DNA of 64,000 bases from Bigelowiella natans CCMP2755 (GCA_000320545.1 ADNK01001199.1:57389-121388); one strand, 5' to 3'. Counted from the stretch's first letter, positions 39,739-51,914 are shown. The notes: generated by a model from the sequence alone, not told the origin. Program-made: numbers and translations.

Positions 39739-42700
39739 CTAAGCGGACGTGGGGCCGACAAGGCGAGGGAGCTTGTAAGGTAGAGCCTTTGTTGTTATTT
39801 TTCTTTTTCTGGTGCCTTGTAGCATGATGGTTAGTTTTTCTCTGTATGATATAGGGAACAAGAAATCACAGTGTTTCTTGTTGCTAGGTCCTGGTAGAGC
39901 CTTGGTAAGTATATCAGCGGGATTGTCCTCCCCAGGTATTTTGTTTATGCAGATCTGCTTGGTTTGATAGTTATCACGAACATTGTGATATTCTATCCTT
40001 ATGTTCTTGCCTTTCTGTGTGAATCCAGGCTTGGCTGCAATGGAGATAGCTGCTTGAGAGTCACAATACACAGGTACAGGGTTCGGTATTTTCATTTTTA
40101 ACTCCTGTAGTAACTGAGTGACATACACTAACTCTCTGCATATATCTGATAATGCTATGTACTCAGCCTCGCCACTGGACATAGCAACGACCTTTTGCTT
40201 GTTGCTCTTCCAGACAACAGGTGCGTTGCTTAGCGATATGAAATATCCTGAATATGATTTACCCGTTTTCTTGCAGGTCTTCCAGGAAGCATCGACGTAG
40301 GCTTTAAGCTCAGGTTTGGACGCTGCTTTAAAGGTAATTCTTTTGTCCTTTGTGTTGACCAGATATTGTAGTAAGCGCACTGCAGCGATGTAGTGTATAG
40401 TTCTAGGATCTTGACTGTAGGAAGCTAGACGAGATAGAGTGTAGCAGATGTCTGGCCTAGTAGCCACCGCTGCATACATTGCTGCTCCTATGATGGATCT
40501 GTATGCCTTCTGATCTACTTTTTCATGTTCCACGTATTCGTCTAACTTTGATCCTGTTATCATTGGTGTTTTTGCTCTTTTCGTAGGCGTGATATCATAC
40601 TTCTGGGCGAGTCTGGTGAGGTAATCTTCCTGCGATATCCAATAGTTTCCCTCATTGTCGCTACCAACTCTTATGCCCAGTGTTTTCTTTAGCTCGCCTT
40701 CATCGCGAAACTCAAACTTGTCGCCTATTCGCTTCATGACAAAGTCCAGGTCTTTCTTATCTTGATATGCTATGCATATGTCATCCACGAAACATGACAA
40801 TATGATGATTCTTCCTTGTCTGTGCATTATCATTAGGCAAGGATCGGAGTAAAGCTGGACGAAGCCAATGGCGTTGAGATGCTCGAGCAAGGTAAGGCTG
40901 AATATTGCACTTGCTTGTGTCAGCCCATAAATGCTTTTATTTACCAGTAGGGCTAGTGGAAGGCCACTGTTGTATAGCCGGATTTCATCAGGTGTCTTCG
41001 GCTTCCACCCTTTAGGTATTTCCATGTATACTTTACAGTCCATCTTTCCAGTTAGGAAAGCTGTAAGTATATCTATCCCGTGTAGTTTTAGCTTGAGGAT
41101 AGATGCTATGGCTAACATTATCCGAAAACTATTTAGGGACAACGTCGGGGAATAAGAGAAGAAGGAGTCTTCTCCCGGGATCTGCGTGAACCCTCGCGCG
41201 ACCAGCCTTGACTTATACCGAATGGTATAGTCTACATTTATTTTCTTCTTGAATACCCATTTAGATGTAACGAAATTTGTATCCTTAGGTCGCACTACCA
41301 GCGTAAACGTTCCAAGTTTTCGAAGCTGGTGCAGTTCCTCTTCCGTAGAAGGTATCCAATGCTTCTTATCATCTCCTGTGATTGCATCGTCATACGTCTT
41401 AGGAAGGTCCTCGATCTCATGTACTGATGGAGCTTTTATATTCATCAGGCGGTCGTAATAGCTACCAAGTATTCCGTAACGAATACCAGGTACTCCCCTA
41501 TTTTCTCTATTCGACCTTCGAGGCTTACTTTTTGCTTTTGTTTCAGGCCCACCATCCTCTGGCAACTCGTCAGTTGCACTGGATGGTTCGGGGGCGTCCG
41601 CGTCGGCAGGACCTTCTGGATAAAGGTACGCCAAAGCCGAATCACTAACTTTGTTTCTCTTCAGCGAAGGAAACTTAAACACTGTGTGGTACCATTTAGT
41701 TACACGGACTCTTTTAATTTTCAGCGTCTTCGTGGCGACGAGAAAAGTACCAAATCTATCGTCATATCCCAACATACGTACGTATTCACCTCTAGCACCC
41801 ATACCACCTGCAGGTCGGAGTTCCTTGTCAATGTGGTTTACTCCGATGCATCCCCAGGTAGTTAGATTCTTTAGATTTGGTTGCTCATGGTGCAGTAGTT
41901 CTTTAGGCGTTTTTCTACCAGGTGTGCTGCGATGTGAGGTGACGTTGTGGAGATATGCTGCAGTCTGAGCTGCGTAGGACCAGTATCCGACCGGTAAGCG
42001 TGCATGTTCTAACATAGCTCTTGTTTTCGCCATGATAGTCTGTATGTGACGCTCGGACATTCCATTTTGCTCAGGTGTTCGGGCGGTGCTAGGAACCCAT
42101 TTTATTCCTTCGGAGGTGAGCCAGCTATGTAGCTTTGCGCTCATATATTCACCTCCACCATCCGATCTGAATTCGTCTATGCTTCCACAACCTGGAAGCT
42201 TTCTGATGTGCTTTATGAACTGTATGGTTTTCTGCGTAACTTCGCTTTTCTTTCTCAAGAGCTCCAAGGTAACCCACCTTGTTCCTTCATGTACGAATAT
42301 TACGAAATACTTGTAACCATCCATGCTGTTAGGCATGGTCTTTACATCAGAGTGAATTCTATTCCACATCCGGTTTTTCTTGTGGATATCAGGTACACAT
42401 TTTTGCTTCTTTTTGACAGCATCGTCCTCAATCTTTGCTTTATTCCGATGCTGTTTCATCCTTTCTTGGGCGCTTGGATCAAAGATCGGAGATCTTTTTG
42501 TTTTGGCTACATCACAGGCCTTGCAAAAGATCTTCTTTGGTATTTTTATCGTCTTGGAATAAGGTAAACCTTCTGTAACTGCATAGGTGTCTCTTATCTT
42601 ATCCGCTGCGATGTGCCCTAGGATGTTATGTGCGTGCTTGATTGAAGATGGCTGTTTCATTGGGTAGGATTTAAATCTTTGTGTTTTTGTACTTTTGTTT

Positions 42701-44182
42701 ATTTGTTTATATCTCAAATAAAATAGGCCGTCGTCTTGAAAGTCCCCGAACGCGTATTCCTCTCCGTTGGCGGTAATGCTTATTCCTTGTTTTGTTCCTT
42801 TGTACTCGCTGCCACTCTTAACTAGTCTGTTTAGAGAGATCACATTGCCTGCAGCTTCTTCAGAGTACAAAGCTCCTTGTAGAACAATTTTGTGCATCTT
42901 TCCTTGCTTGTTTTTAGTAGTTAGTTTGACGTCGCCTGCATAATTCACAAAGAATCCTGTCCCATCTTTGCCAACTTCTATGTATCGTGGTTGAATAGGT
43001 TTCAACTCGTTGAAGAAGTCGCGGTCACAGAAGAAGTGGTTGTTGGCTCCGCTGTCGAGAAGGATCAAAGGCTTATGGTTGTACTTCAGCGTTTGCAGGT
43101 AAGAATTGTCGCGTGCCATCTTATTAATGTAAGAGGGTCTTTGGGAAGGGGAGCCATGATCAATGAAGGAATAGTGTTTTCCTTTGTTCTGCTTGCCTTC
43201 ATCTCTCATCTTGTTTCTGCATTCCTTTTCCCAATGTCCTTTCTTGCCACAGTAATGGCATTTTGTTCTTTTCTTTAAGTTCAAGAAATAGTCTTCTCTC
43301 TTTTGCTTCTTGGAATTGTCTTGATATGCTTCGCTGTTGTATCTGTTCTTTCCCTTTTTGAATTTTCTCTTGTAGGTATTCAGCTGACCTGTAAGTTCGT
43401 TTAGCCTTTTCTCCAAGCCATCGTACATCTTCACGTATTTGTGTTCTGCACTGGTGTGTCCTGCATTTTTCTTTGAAGGTCTCTGCCCGTCATCGAGCGA
43501 TCGGGAGTTCATGTGGGAACGTATCATGTCCACTGCAGAGTCGAAGGTACCATCTTTCTTGTTGTTGATGACTGTAACTATAGTCTCGTATTTTTCGCTA
43601 GGTACAAGTCCTCGAAGTAGAGTGGCAAGCGCTTGGTTGTCGGAGTATCCTTCGTGCTGTGCCCGAAGTCTTCTGATCGTCAAGTCAAGGTCAGAATGAT
43701 GCTTTGTGAAGTCTCCATTGTACTGACCCATGTTTATATCACTTAGTTTCGAATAAAGTTTCCTGACGGCTACAGGATTGGTAGGCTCGTACTTCTCCAG
43801 CAAGGCTGCTAAGGTAACTGCTACGTCTTTGGGTTTTCCTTCGAGTAGATCGAAGAATTTATCAGGAAGGGTAGCAGTGAGGAAGAATCTTCCTCTCTTT
43901 CTTTTGTTTATCTTTTCTTGTGATCCTCTTCCTTCAGGTTTGGGATTGAGGATATCGAATTGCTCCGGGGATAGCTTGAGTACTTCTCGTCGGTGAGCGG
44001 GGTCGGTGCGTACATTGACTTCTGTCACCTTTCCTTCTATTTCTATGTTGACATTGAAGCATGATTCCAAATCCGCTGCTTCAAAGGCAGACATTAGCTT
44101 GTACATGTAGGGCTTGTAGTTGCTACCATCGTACTTGAGGGTGAAGTTTTTTTAGTAGGGAGTCTATCTGCTTTTCTGACAT
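39739..44182 (-). CDS. Copia gag-pol polyprotein (open 39739-44106; likely true start 44182 separated by a frameshift in an A7 run)
   Basis: Zinc knuckle CHYCGKKGHWEKEC; protease LLDSGA; HNILGH..CKAC zinc site; integrase IHSDV/SDGGGEY/NGMSER; RT YKSRLVARGF..FVDDI; RNase H YVDASW..EAEYIAL..ADILTK. Integrase before RT is the Copia order. Confidence 0.95.
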
Positions 44183-44353
44183 GTTGTTTCGTTCCTATTT
44201 TCTTTGTTTTTCAGTGCTTTGGAGGCTTGACCGAAGATTGGCTGAGGGAATGCTGTTGTCGCTTTCAGTTCCTTCTTCTGGAAGGATGTAGCTGAAGGGG
44301 GGTGGGGGGTTGCTTGGTTCTTTTCTGAGTTGGTTCTCTAGCAAGTCCTCTTG

Positions 44354-44365
44354 AGGCTCATGACC
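44354..44365 (-). other. Primer-binding site GGTCATGAGCCT (half-tRNAiMet type)
   Basis: Directly follows the 5' LTR. Resembles GGTTATGAGCCC, the complement of the tRNAiMet anticodon stem-loop used by copia/Ty5-type elements. Confidence 0.75.
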
Positions 44366-44781
44366 TTTTAGCAGGCTTGCGGTAGCTGCTTAGCTTTTGT
44401 GCGCGGGACTGTGCTGATGTCACTGAGTGTCAACACGCGGTCCTGTGTGCGTTTGAATTGTGTTGATGACTTGTGACTTGCGCTGCATGCATGTGCGCAT
44501 TGGGTTCCGGCGCATTCGCGAAGATTCTCGAATCTTCCAGAATTCTCTCGAATTCTCTGGAAGATTCTCGAAGCTTCCGGAATGCTCTCGAAGATTCTGG
44601 AAGATTCTCGAATCTTCCGGAATGTTCTCGAAGCTTCTGGAAGATTCTCGAAGCTTCTCGAAGATTCCCGAAGTTCTGAGAACTTCCATGCGCATGTGCG
44701 CAGCGCAGCGTGCAGCACGAGTGGACGTGCGCATGCTGCGACAGCTCCTTGATCGTGGGTGGCGCGGCCAGACCGCTGACA
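44366..44781 (-). repeat. 5' LTR of Copia element (HSE array at 44513-44682)
   Basis: Direct repeat of 38254-38669, followed in element sense by the PBS. Confidence 0.95.
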
Positions 44782-44786
44782 CACCA

Positions 44787-45630
44787 TGCACACTGGCACA
44801 CGCTATGCTGTGTAGCATGACGTGTGTTATAGTGTTGTGTGTTGCACACCACGATGTGAGGTGCGACTAGATGGTTGCGGCGGCGAAAATGCGAGGTACG
44901 GTGTGCGACCGTGCCACCAACAAGCTAGCCGCTAGCCTGGCCTGCTAGCCTGTTGCATCTTGTCAAGAGTTTTGACTCACATTGCACGTGAGCCCCAGCG
45001 TAGAGCCGGCGAAAGCCATGCATTTGGGAGCCGGACGACACTTGTCTCGATTCGTCTGCGACTGTTGCAACGGCGGCATTCCAGCACGTCTACGTGTAGC
45101 AGACGTGCGTGAGACGATCGAGTGTCCCATCGATCGTGCGCTAGCTGGACTGTGCTAGCTAGCTAGTGTGCTTGCAAGTGCTTGCAAAGCACTCAAGACC
45201 AAAGCGGACGCAGCTGTGGGCCACACTGTGAAATGGCTGCGTCCATGGCCCACAGCTAGCTAGCTAGACAGCACCTGCCTGGGTCTTCCTGGACTTTCAC
45301 TTGTTGCAGTGCAATGTCATGCAACATCATGACCATTTCCCTAGCCTGCGTTCATTGATGGCATTTCTGGCCTCCACAGTGCTTGCACCTTTGACGCTTT
45401 GACAACTAGCACACGACCATGGTGTTCTGCTTGTGTTGTTGCCGATCAACCCGAGCGATCGAAAGAAAGAAAGCAACTTGATGGCCGGCTGCACTTCCAA
45501 AGTGCGCATTGCATGGCACTCGCAAAGTGCGAAAAAATGAATCCTCTGCAAGCCAAGAGCTTTGAGGTGGACACCTGAAGAGTGTCATGTGTTTCACCTC
45601 TGTCAGATTCAGCCATCAGACATGGATCTG
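44787..45630. repeat. Palindrome-rich, TpA-poor spacer (continues 37970-38248 on the other side of the insertion)
   Basis: (TAGC)3 at ~45154 and ~45255, GCTAGCC x3; all 9 TA dinucleotides in 45100-45630 lie in CTAG. Confidence 0.7.
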
Positions 45631-45875
45631 GAGCTAAAACAATGCCCACTTTGTTCGGCGAGAGTCTGCATGTGAAACGAGAGTTTCTAAAGGTAGTTTT
45701 CAGCATTAATATTTGACTTGTGGCAGATTGTTGCAGTCTTAATATTTTGTCCAAACTCAAAATGTGTAGAAAAACACAGATTGTTTTAGTATAATCTCGA
45801 GTAATCTCGCATAAATTATTATCTAATAACATCTACTAATTCCACACTTCTCGGCCCGCTGCCCGGACAGAATAA

Positions 45876-48236
45876 ATGGAGGAGGTGTGCACCTGCAGGC
45901 TTTCGGGTTCCCTTGTACTTCCTTTCCAAATAAATGGTCTATTAATACAGGTTCCCATTAAGCTGGTGGTAGTTGGGGGTAAGGGCGTCGGGAAGACCGC
46001 AATTGTGCACCGATTTAAGAAGCGAAAGTAGGCCATCATTTGTGATGTGTGTGGGCGATGAGAGGCAGTTGCTAATGACATTTCTTCTATTCGTTTTCAG
46101 CTTTCACCGTGAATACGTACCGACCGTCGGGTTTAACGTCAATACCTTCCAGGTGAACGAGCAAATTTTTACTCAGTCATGTCATGCGTAATTATGATCT
46201 CTAACCCTGCTCTCTCCCTCCCTCCCTCCCTCTCCCTCTCTTTTAGCTCACCAAAGCCATCCAGAAGCAGAGCTTAGACATCTGTCTCCAAATCTGGGAC
46301 GTTTCGCATCTTGAAATAGACGGTTGGATATATGTTGATATTACTTTCCAGCAATCATCTCCCAAAACAGATCGATCCCTCTTATTGTCAGGTTTTCATC
46401 TCGAGACAATCTTCGAAGATGTATCCGGTGTTATGATCGTCATAGATCCATCCGACTCAAAGAGTTTAATGGTCATCACACCACAAAATACAAAACACAC
46501 AGAAGGAGGAAATGATAGTGGGGAAAGCGGGCAGAAGATAGAAGCTCTAATAGTGTCTCCTCATTGTTAGGCCTTCGACGACTGGTTAAATGTAGTGCGG
46601 GATCTTGTCCCCAACACCAAGATTCCAGTCACGCTGGCCGTCACTAAGCTCGACTTATGCAAAGACCATACAACTTCAACAGCGTCAGTAGCACTTCACG
46701 CAAAATCCTATGCATGAAACATGTAACAAAGAGTTCTACGTGTATGTACACACGCCGATATTTTATGTGCGCTTATCTCTAACATTGCTATTCTCCCTTT
46801 TCAGGTCCTTGATTGCGTCCTCCATCGGCCTAACGCCACAATCGTCATTGGCGAAGCTCTTTGGCGCAGGGGGCAGCACCCAGGGGGAGCCAAAAAAGAA
46901 AGTCTCTGGTGCAAGAGGAGACGAGAAAACGGGATCGAAAGACGGAAGTGAGCAACTAATAATCTTCAAAGAACTTCATTGATTTTGTTCTTTCATTAAT
47001 TTTGTTCCAAATATCTATCCATCGGCGCCTGTGTACAAAATAGGAGTATTGCCCCCTTCATTGGAAGAGCTACGGTATTCAATACTAAGAACCATCTTAG
47101 CAGATTAAGTCGAGCTTGGTCGCGTCCAAATAGACTACATACTACCTCTATCTGAAAAAATATGCAATATTACTTGCTCGTAGCCCTCGGGAACAAGCTA
47201 AGATCCTCGACAAGTTCTGCGCCTTGGCAGGATTAGCGGAATGGAAGCAATGCAGGTTGTAAGATAGAAGGCATTGCAATATGACGTAGAGAATGAAGCG
47301 ATGCACTATAACTACGTCTGCGAGTACGATTGTAGTTGCTTCTCATTGATTGGCCTCTATTGTTCTCTTCTACTAGCTCCAAGACTGGGAAGAATGTCAA
47401 GGTGCTTAGCGAAAACGTTGCCAATTGCAGTGAATTCAGTGTTAAGTAGTTTCTTTTGCCAGAAGCAATACTTTCTCCTATTCGCAACAAAAACCTTCAA
47501 ATGTAACGCTAATGTATTTATCTCATGTTCTACGTTTGAAATGTGATTAGTGTCCTGGGTCAATTCTTTTGTAGAGCAATAGTTTATTTGAGATTCCACT
47601 CTGACGTATTTTCGCTTTCTCACTCAGGATGCGCTCTATTCGCTTGTCAATCTGAGCTTGCAGCCGCTCCTTGAAACGAGGAAAAAGAGGGATATTATAG
47701 AAGTAACCAATAGACATCATACTGCTGTCCATCATTTTGTTGTTGCATGTATTATGATAGTTTTCCCAGAATGTCATGATGACCCCCGCCCCTCCTTATG
47801 CTGTAGTCGCGCAAGAAATCATACATATTCCCAAATGATTGATATTTCATGCAAAATATTCTTCTGATCTTGATCACATGAGAGATTCCGTGTATCAGTG
47901 CGTAGTATAAAACACATCTTTGAATAACGGGCATAAAGGTTTATTGTATTCTATCTTTGTTATTGGGTCGTAAATAGGCAGAAGAAAAAATGAGGAATAA
48001 GTCCTCTGCGAAACCTTTCTTCACCCAAAAGTTTTACGAAATCCCTTCACACAAGTACTAGGCAGTCTAGTCTTCCCTCCCCCCTTTCACTCCCTTCCAC
48101 TTTTTATCTCCTCAATTCTATTCTTTGTGAGATCTTTAGTAATCCAAATATGACTTTCTGATACGAATGTATATGTGCCGTTCTAACTTTTTGTCTTGCA
48201 TGCATTTTTCGCTACAGAAAGAAAAAGAAAAGATGA
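45876..48236 (+). CDS. Atypical Rab-like small GTPase, multi-exon (3' end tentative)
   Basis: G1 KLVVVGGKGVGKT, G2 YVPTVG, degenerate G3 LQIWDVSH, G4 AVTKLD, G5 WKQCS|SKTGKNVK (~47240-47401), then DALYSLVNL. Probable last exon gives a ..HKKKKKR* polybasic end. Confidence 0.72.
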
Positions 48237-48284
48237 CGTGGGTTCTAATATGTAATTTGGCCGTACCTTGCGATGCGAAGTAGT

Positions 48285-49075
48285 TAGCTGAATTTACACC
48301 TTTAGACCTAGACATGTAGAGAAATTGAAAACTTGTATCCAAGCGCAAGCATATCGCATCTTGTCATCAACAATGCATATATGCAACACGTGCACTATTA
48401 TCTTGCAACCTAGCAACGTTGCAGTGCAATAATTATACCAAGCTGCGCATGCATGAGATGGATGTAATGATCGCACATGATTACGATGCTGTAAATCTAT
48501 AAATCTATAGAGCATAGTCACCCTAATGTAGCTTTTTTGCAGCGACTATGTTCCATGATATTGAGCTACAGCAGCATGTGCACACGCTACGTACATAGCT
48601 AGCTAGCTAGGCCAGTACCCTTCGATTCACATTTAGATAATTTTACGTGTAGAGATGTCTTGTTGGAACTTGCGATGCGTGTAACTAGATCTAGAGATAG
48701 CTAGATAGCGCCATGCATCGGGACATATAAGCTAATTGGATGTAGACGAAATGTCTGGAATATGCGCATATATAGCGCCGCACACATGCTAGCTAGCTAG
48801 CTAGCATGTCACGTCACAGCACGACCATGCATGCTAGCAGCATGACGTACGTACAACTAGACAAGCTAGTACATTCTAGCATTGAGAGCTCATCTAGTAC
48901 TGAGTACGTCATGTCACATTTTGCTCGATTGTCAAGGGCGGGGCCAATGCTAGATATATACAATAAATGCGCTGCTGGAGCGTGTCGATCTTCGTACGAT
49001 ACCTATATAGCAGCTTCCTCTACACACCTAGACATGCACACTTTTTGACATGACATTGACTAGGTCTACTAGAAC
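48285..49075. repeat. Convergent-spacer tract with (TAGC)n and TCTAGA motifs
   Basis: AGCTAGCTAGCTAG ~48597, CTAGATCTAGAGATAGCTAG ~48686, GCTAGCTAGCTAGCTAGC ~48788, CCTAGACATG x2, GTACGTAC. Confidence 0.75.
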
Positions 49076-49324
49076 CCCGCCAACGCATTTTTGTAATTGC
49101 TGGTTTCAAATATCTCACACGTGTTATGATAAGATGGGTTCTTTTCTGGATATCATCAGAATACCAGTCCCAATAATACGCTCTCAAGCATTCTTTCATG
49201 GATGAGAACAAAGATTTACAGGCAAAACTAAAATTTGCTTTGAAGATTCAATTTAAAATTCTCTTCTTTCTTTTTGTCATTGTCAGCCGCCATACTAACC
49301 ATAATGCAATGGAACTTTCTATTC

Positions 49325-49584
49325 CTATACACGGATGTTGACGTCAACTCCGCTAGGAAGATCTAATGTCATTAACGCATCCACGGTTTCTGGAGATAGA
49401 TCTGTGACATCCAAAAGACGTTGATGTGTCCGAATCTCAAAATGTTCGCGTGAATCCTTGTTCACGTGTGGGGAGCGAAGGACACAGTAAATTCTTCGCC
49501 TTGTAGGAAGCATGACTACGCCACTGTTTTAGAGGGGAAGCGGAAGAGGGACGGAAAATGGGGGAAATGAGTCTTTTATATCTA

Positions 49585-49634
<50 letters not shown>

Positions 49635-50218
49635 TTCAATTTTTATGCGTACAAATACCTGCAAGTTGATCCTGTAGAGGTTGTAGTAGATTGAATCATA
49701 TCAACAGCCTCCTTGAGGTGGTCCTTCGAGTACGACTAAAATAGGCACACGAACTTAAGATGGTAGTTACGATTATGATACTATGAAGAATATGTACCCT
49801 CAATTTAATGCGAAGCTTTTCTGGTGTATCGCTGGATACTGGCTCAGATGATGCCATCTCTGCGACAGTCGAACCGACAGAGAACGGCTGGTTTGAAGAA
49901 CGGACCAGTGTGGGCAATTTTCGTGACATTCTATTTATGGTAGTAAGTCCTGTAGGTGCATTTCCAGATATCCTTTGTACGAGAACTCTTTCCAAATTGT
50001 TTGGGGTTGAGAAACCCCTGAAGCATGCCCATGCTGAGAGAATTACAACCACCTGCGAGGAAAGTTACATAAGGCTCCCATCCCAGTGGATTCCGTGCGT
50101 TGGATAAAAATATATTAAAAATTACCGAGATGATGGAGGCGAGGATGGATTTCTTCACTCTAATGCTACGCTGTCTTGCGTCATTTGAGGAGAGTGCTTG
50201 GTAATGAGGCTCCATCAT
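49325..50218 (-). CDS. rps10: Plastid 30S ribosomal protein S10, nucleus-encoded, bipartite targeting leader; 4 exons
   Basis: [57 protein letters not shown] (plastid/cyanobacterial-type S10). Leader: hydrophobic ILASIIS|[11 protein letters not shown] followed by a Ser/Thr/Arg-rich transit-like region. Confidence 0.92.
49588..49631. repeat. (AT)n microsatellite in rps10 intron
   Basis: Uninterrupted AT run. Confidence 0.95.
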
Positions 50219-50929
50219 TCGGTGGGGGAGGGGGTATTACACTCGGGTTGTAGTGAGAGAGTGACGAATTTGTATCTTGCGACAATATGATTCTCGTGTC
50301 GCTATTCTGATTTCCACAGTTTTTTTAACATGATTTCCATGGCAGCAGGCTGCACAAAGGACCGGAATGTTTAACAAATCCAGTATGTGAGGATATTAGA
50401 TATCTGCGACAACATAAATGTACCTCAAAGCTGCTGTTTTTGGGAATTATCGCATCCAAAGTCGCATAAATCTCCGGGGTACGACCGCGGCTGGCAGTGG
50501 CTGAAAAAGGACCATGCCCGATTTATTTTTGAATATTGATTTATTCGGTGATCAACTTGAATTCGAATGTGACCTCCAGATATCCTCCAGAGATTATGGC
50601 TCCGAATAAGTTTTAAAAAATCGCTCGATCGGCGAATTGCCAACCCGAATTCAAGACAAAGTGGTACGAAACTAAATCCTGGATGTCTTCATATTTTACT
50701 AATAGTCAATTAATATTGTGTGTCGTATATTTATTTTAGTATGCTATTAACAAATTATATATATTTCTCAAGAGAATAGAGAGGCTGAGCAAAAGGTCGG
50801 AGGTTCAGAGGTGCGTGGGCAAGATTCTGAAATATTCTCTCTGCGACATAAAATATTTCATGTCGTTGATTACAAACTACATCAATTCATTCTTAGAGTT
50901 TTACAGTAAGGAGGTCTCCCCCATAAGCC

Positions 50930-51658
50930 ATGCCTAAGTATAGCGTCGAGCCGGCAGATCCTTCGAAGTAAGGGACCCCATTCCTTTCATTTAACAAATA
51001 ATATCACCCACGCATTATAATCTGTTTATTTTATTATTAACGGTGTGTGATTTTTACTTCGAAGGTCTTGCAAGGCTCGTGGATCGAACCTTCGTGTTCA
51101 TTACAAGGTGTGTATTATTCTTTTTGCTTACATTCGCATTTCTTCTTGCGTGGCTTGTATTAAAATAAATAACTTTTAATTCAGAACACCCATGAGACCG
51201 CAGAAGCTATTAAGGGGCTCTCCCTCACACGTGCTCAGCGTTATTTGAAGGATGTTATTGCACACAAGGATGCTATCCCATTCCGTAAGCATATGGGAGG
51301 TTGCGGTCGCAAGGCTCAGGTTAAGAAATACAAGGGTGCTACTCAGTGCCGTTGGCCAGAAAAGTCATGCAAGTTCCTTCTTGACTTGCTCACCAACGCT
51401 GAGAGCAATGCTGAAATCGCCGGCCTTGAGGTTGAGTCTCTCATCATCACTCACATTCAAGTCAACAGGGCACCTAAGATGCGCAGAAGAACCTACAGAG
51501 CTCACGGACGTATCAACCCTTATATGTCGAGCCCTTGCCACGTAGAAATGATCCTTTCGCCAAAATCCGAGAAGGATACTGTAAAGAAGGGAGAGTCCAA
51601 GGATAACAACGCTGTTGCTCGCCGCGTGAAGCAGGGTGGAGGAGGATTTGAATCTTAA
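50930..51658 (+). CDS. RPL17: 60S ribosomal protein L17 (uL22); 3 exons
   Basis: [13 protein letters not shown]|[14 protein letters not shown]|[11 protein letters not shown]...RWPEKS...[25 protein letters not shown]. Confidence 0.97.
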
Positions 51659-51914
51659 ATGTTGAGAGCACAAGATTGAAACCCCATTGTTTTACATGTG
51701 ATAGTCACATTTCATTAAAGTGCTGTTGCTGTAATTACGAATGTCACTAGACCGGTGTGGGTTGCGTCATATTCGATCCTTTTCTGTGGGGCGGTGTCAT
51801 TGCTATTTATTCTACATAAATCTACTTGATACATAGAGATGATCAATACGCATAAGAAGCACACAAAAAGAGAAACAGTGAGAAAAGATACGAGTTTATG
51901 AACGGTTGCGCTTT

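Larger units (their letters stand above)
38254..44781 (-). mobile_element. Full-length, recent Ty1/Copia LTR retrotransposon (6528 bp)
   Basis: 416-bp direct repeats at 38254-38669 and 44366-44781 (identical as far as I can read). 5-bp target-site duplication CACCA at 38249-38253 and 44782-44786. PBS and PPT present; gag-PR-IN-RT-RH ORF. Confidence 0.97.

Noticed and set aside
40781-40792. RT catalytic motif FVDD instead of YVDD as a sign of inactivity
   Set aside because: Both catalytic aspartates are intact and an aromatic substitution at this position is tolerated in other reverse transcriptases.
45446-45832. 128-aa minus-strand ORF as the missing divergent partner of the GTPase
   Set aside because: No recognisable domain or convincing splice structure, and partly in stop-poor TpA-depleted DNA; left as an open prediction only.
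47233-47934. Apparent minus-strand gene suggested by several short ORFs
   Set aside because: Splice signals and the G5 motif show these bases are plus-strand exons and introns of the Rab-like gene.
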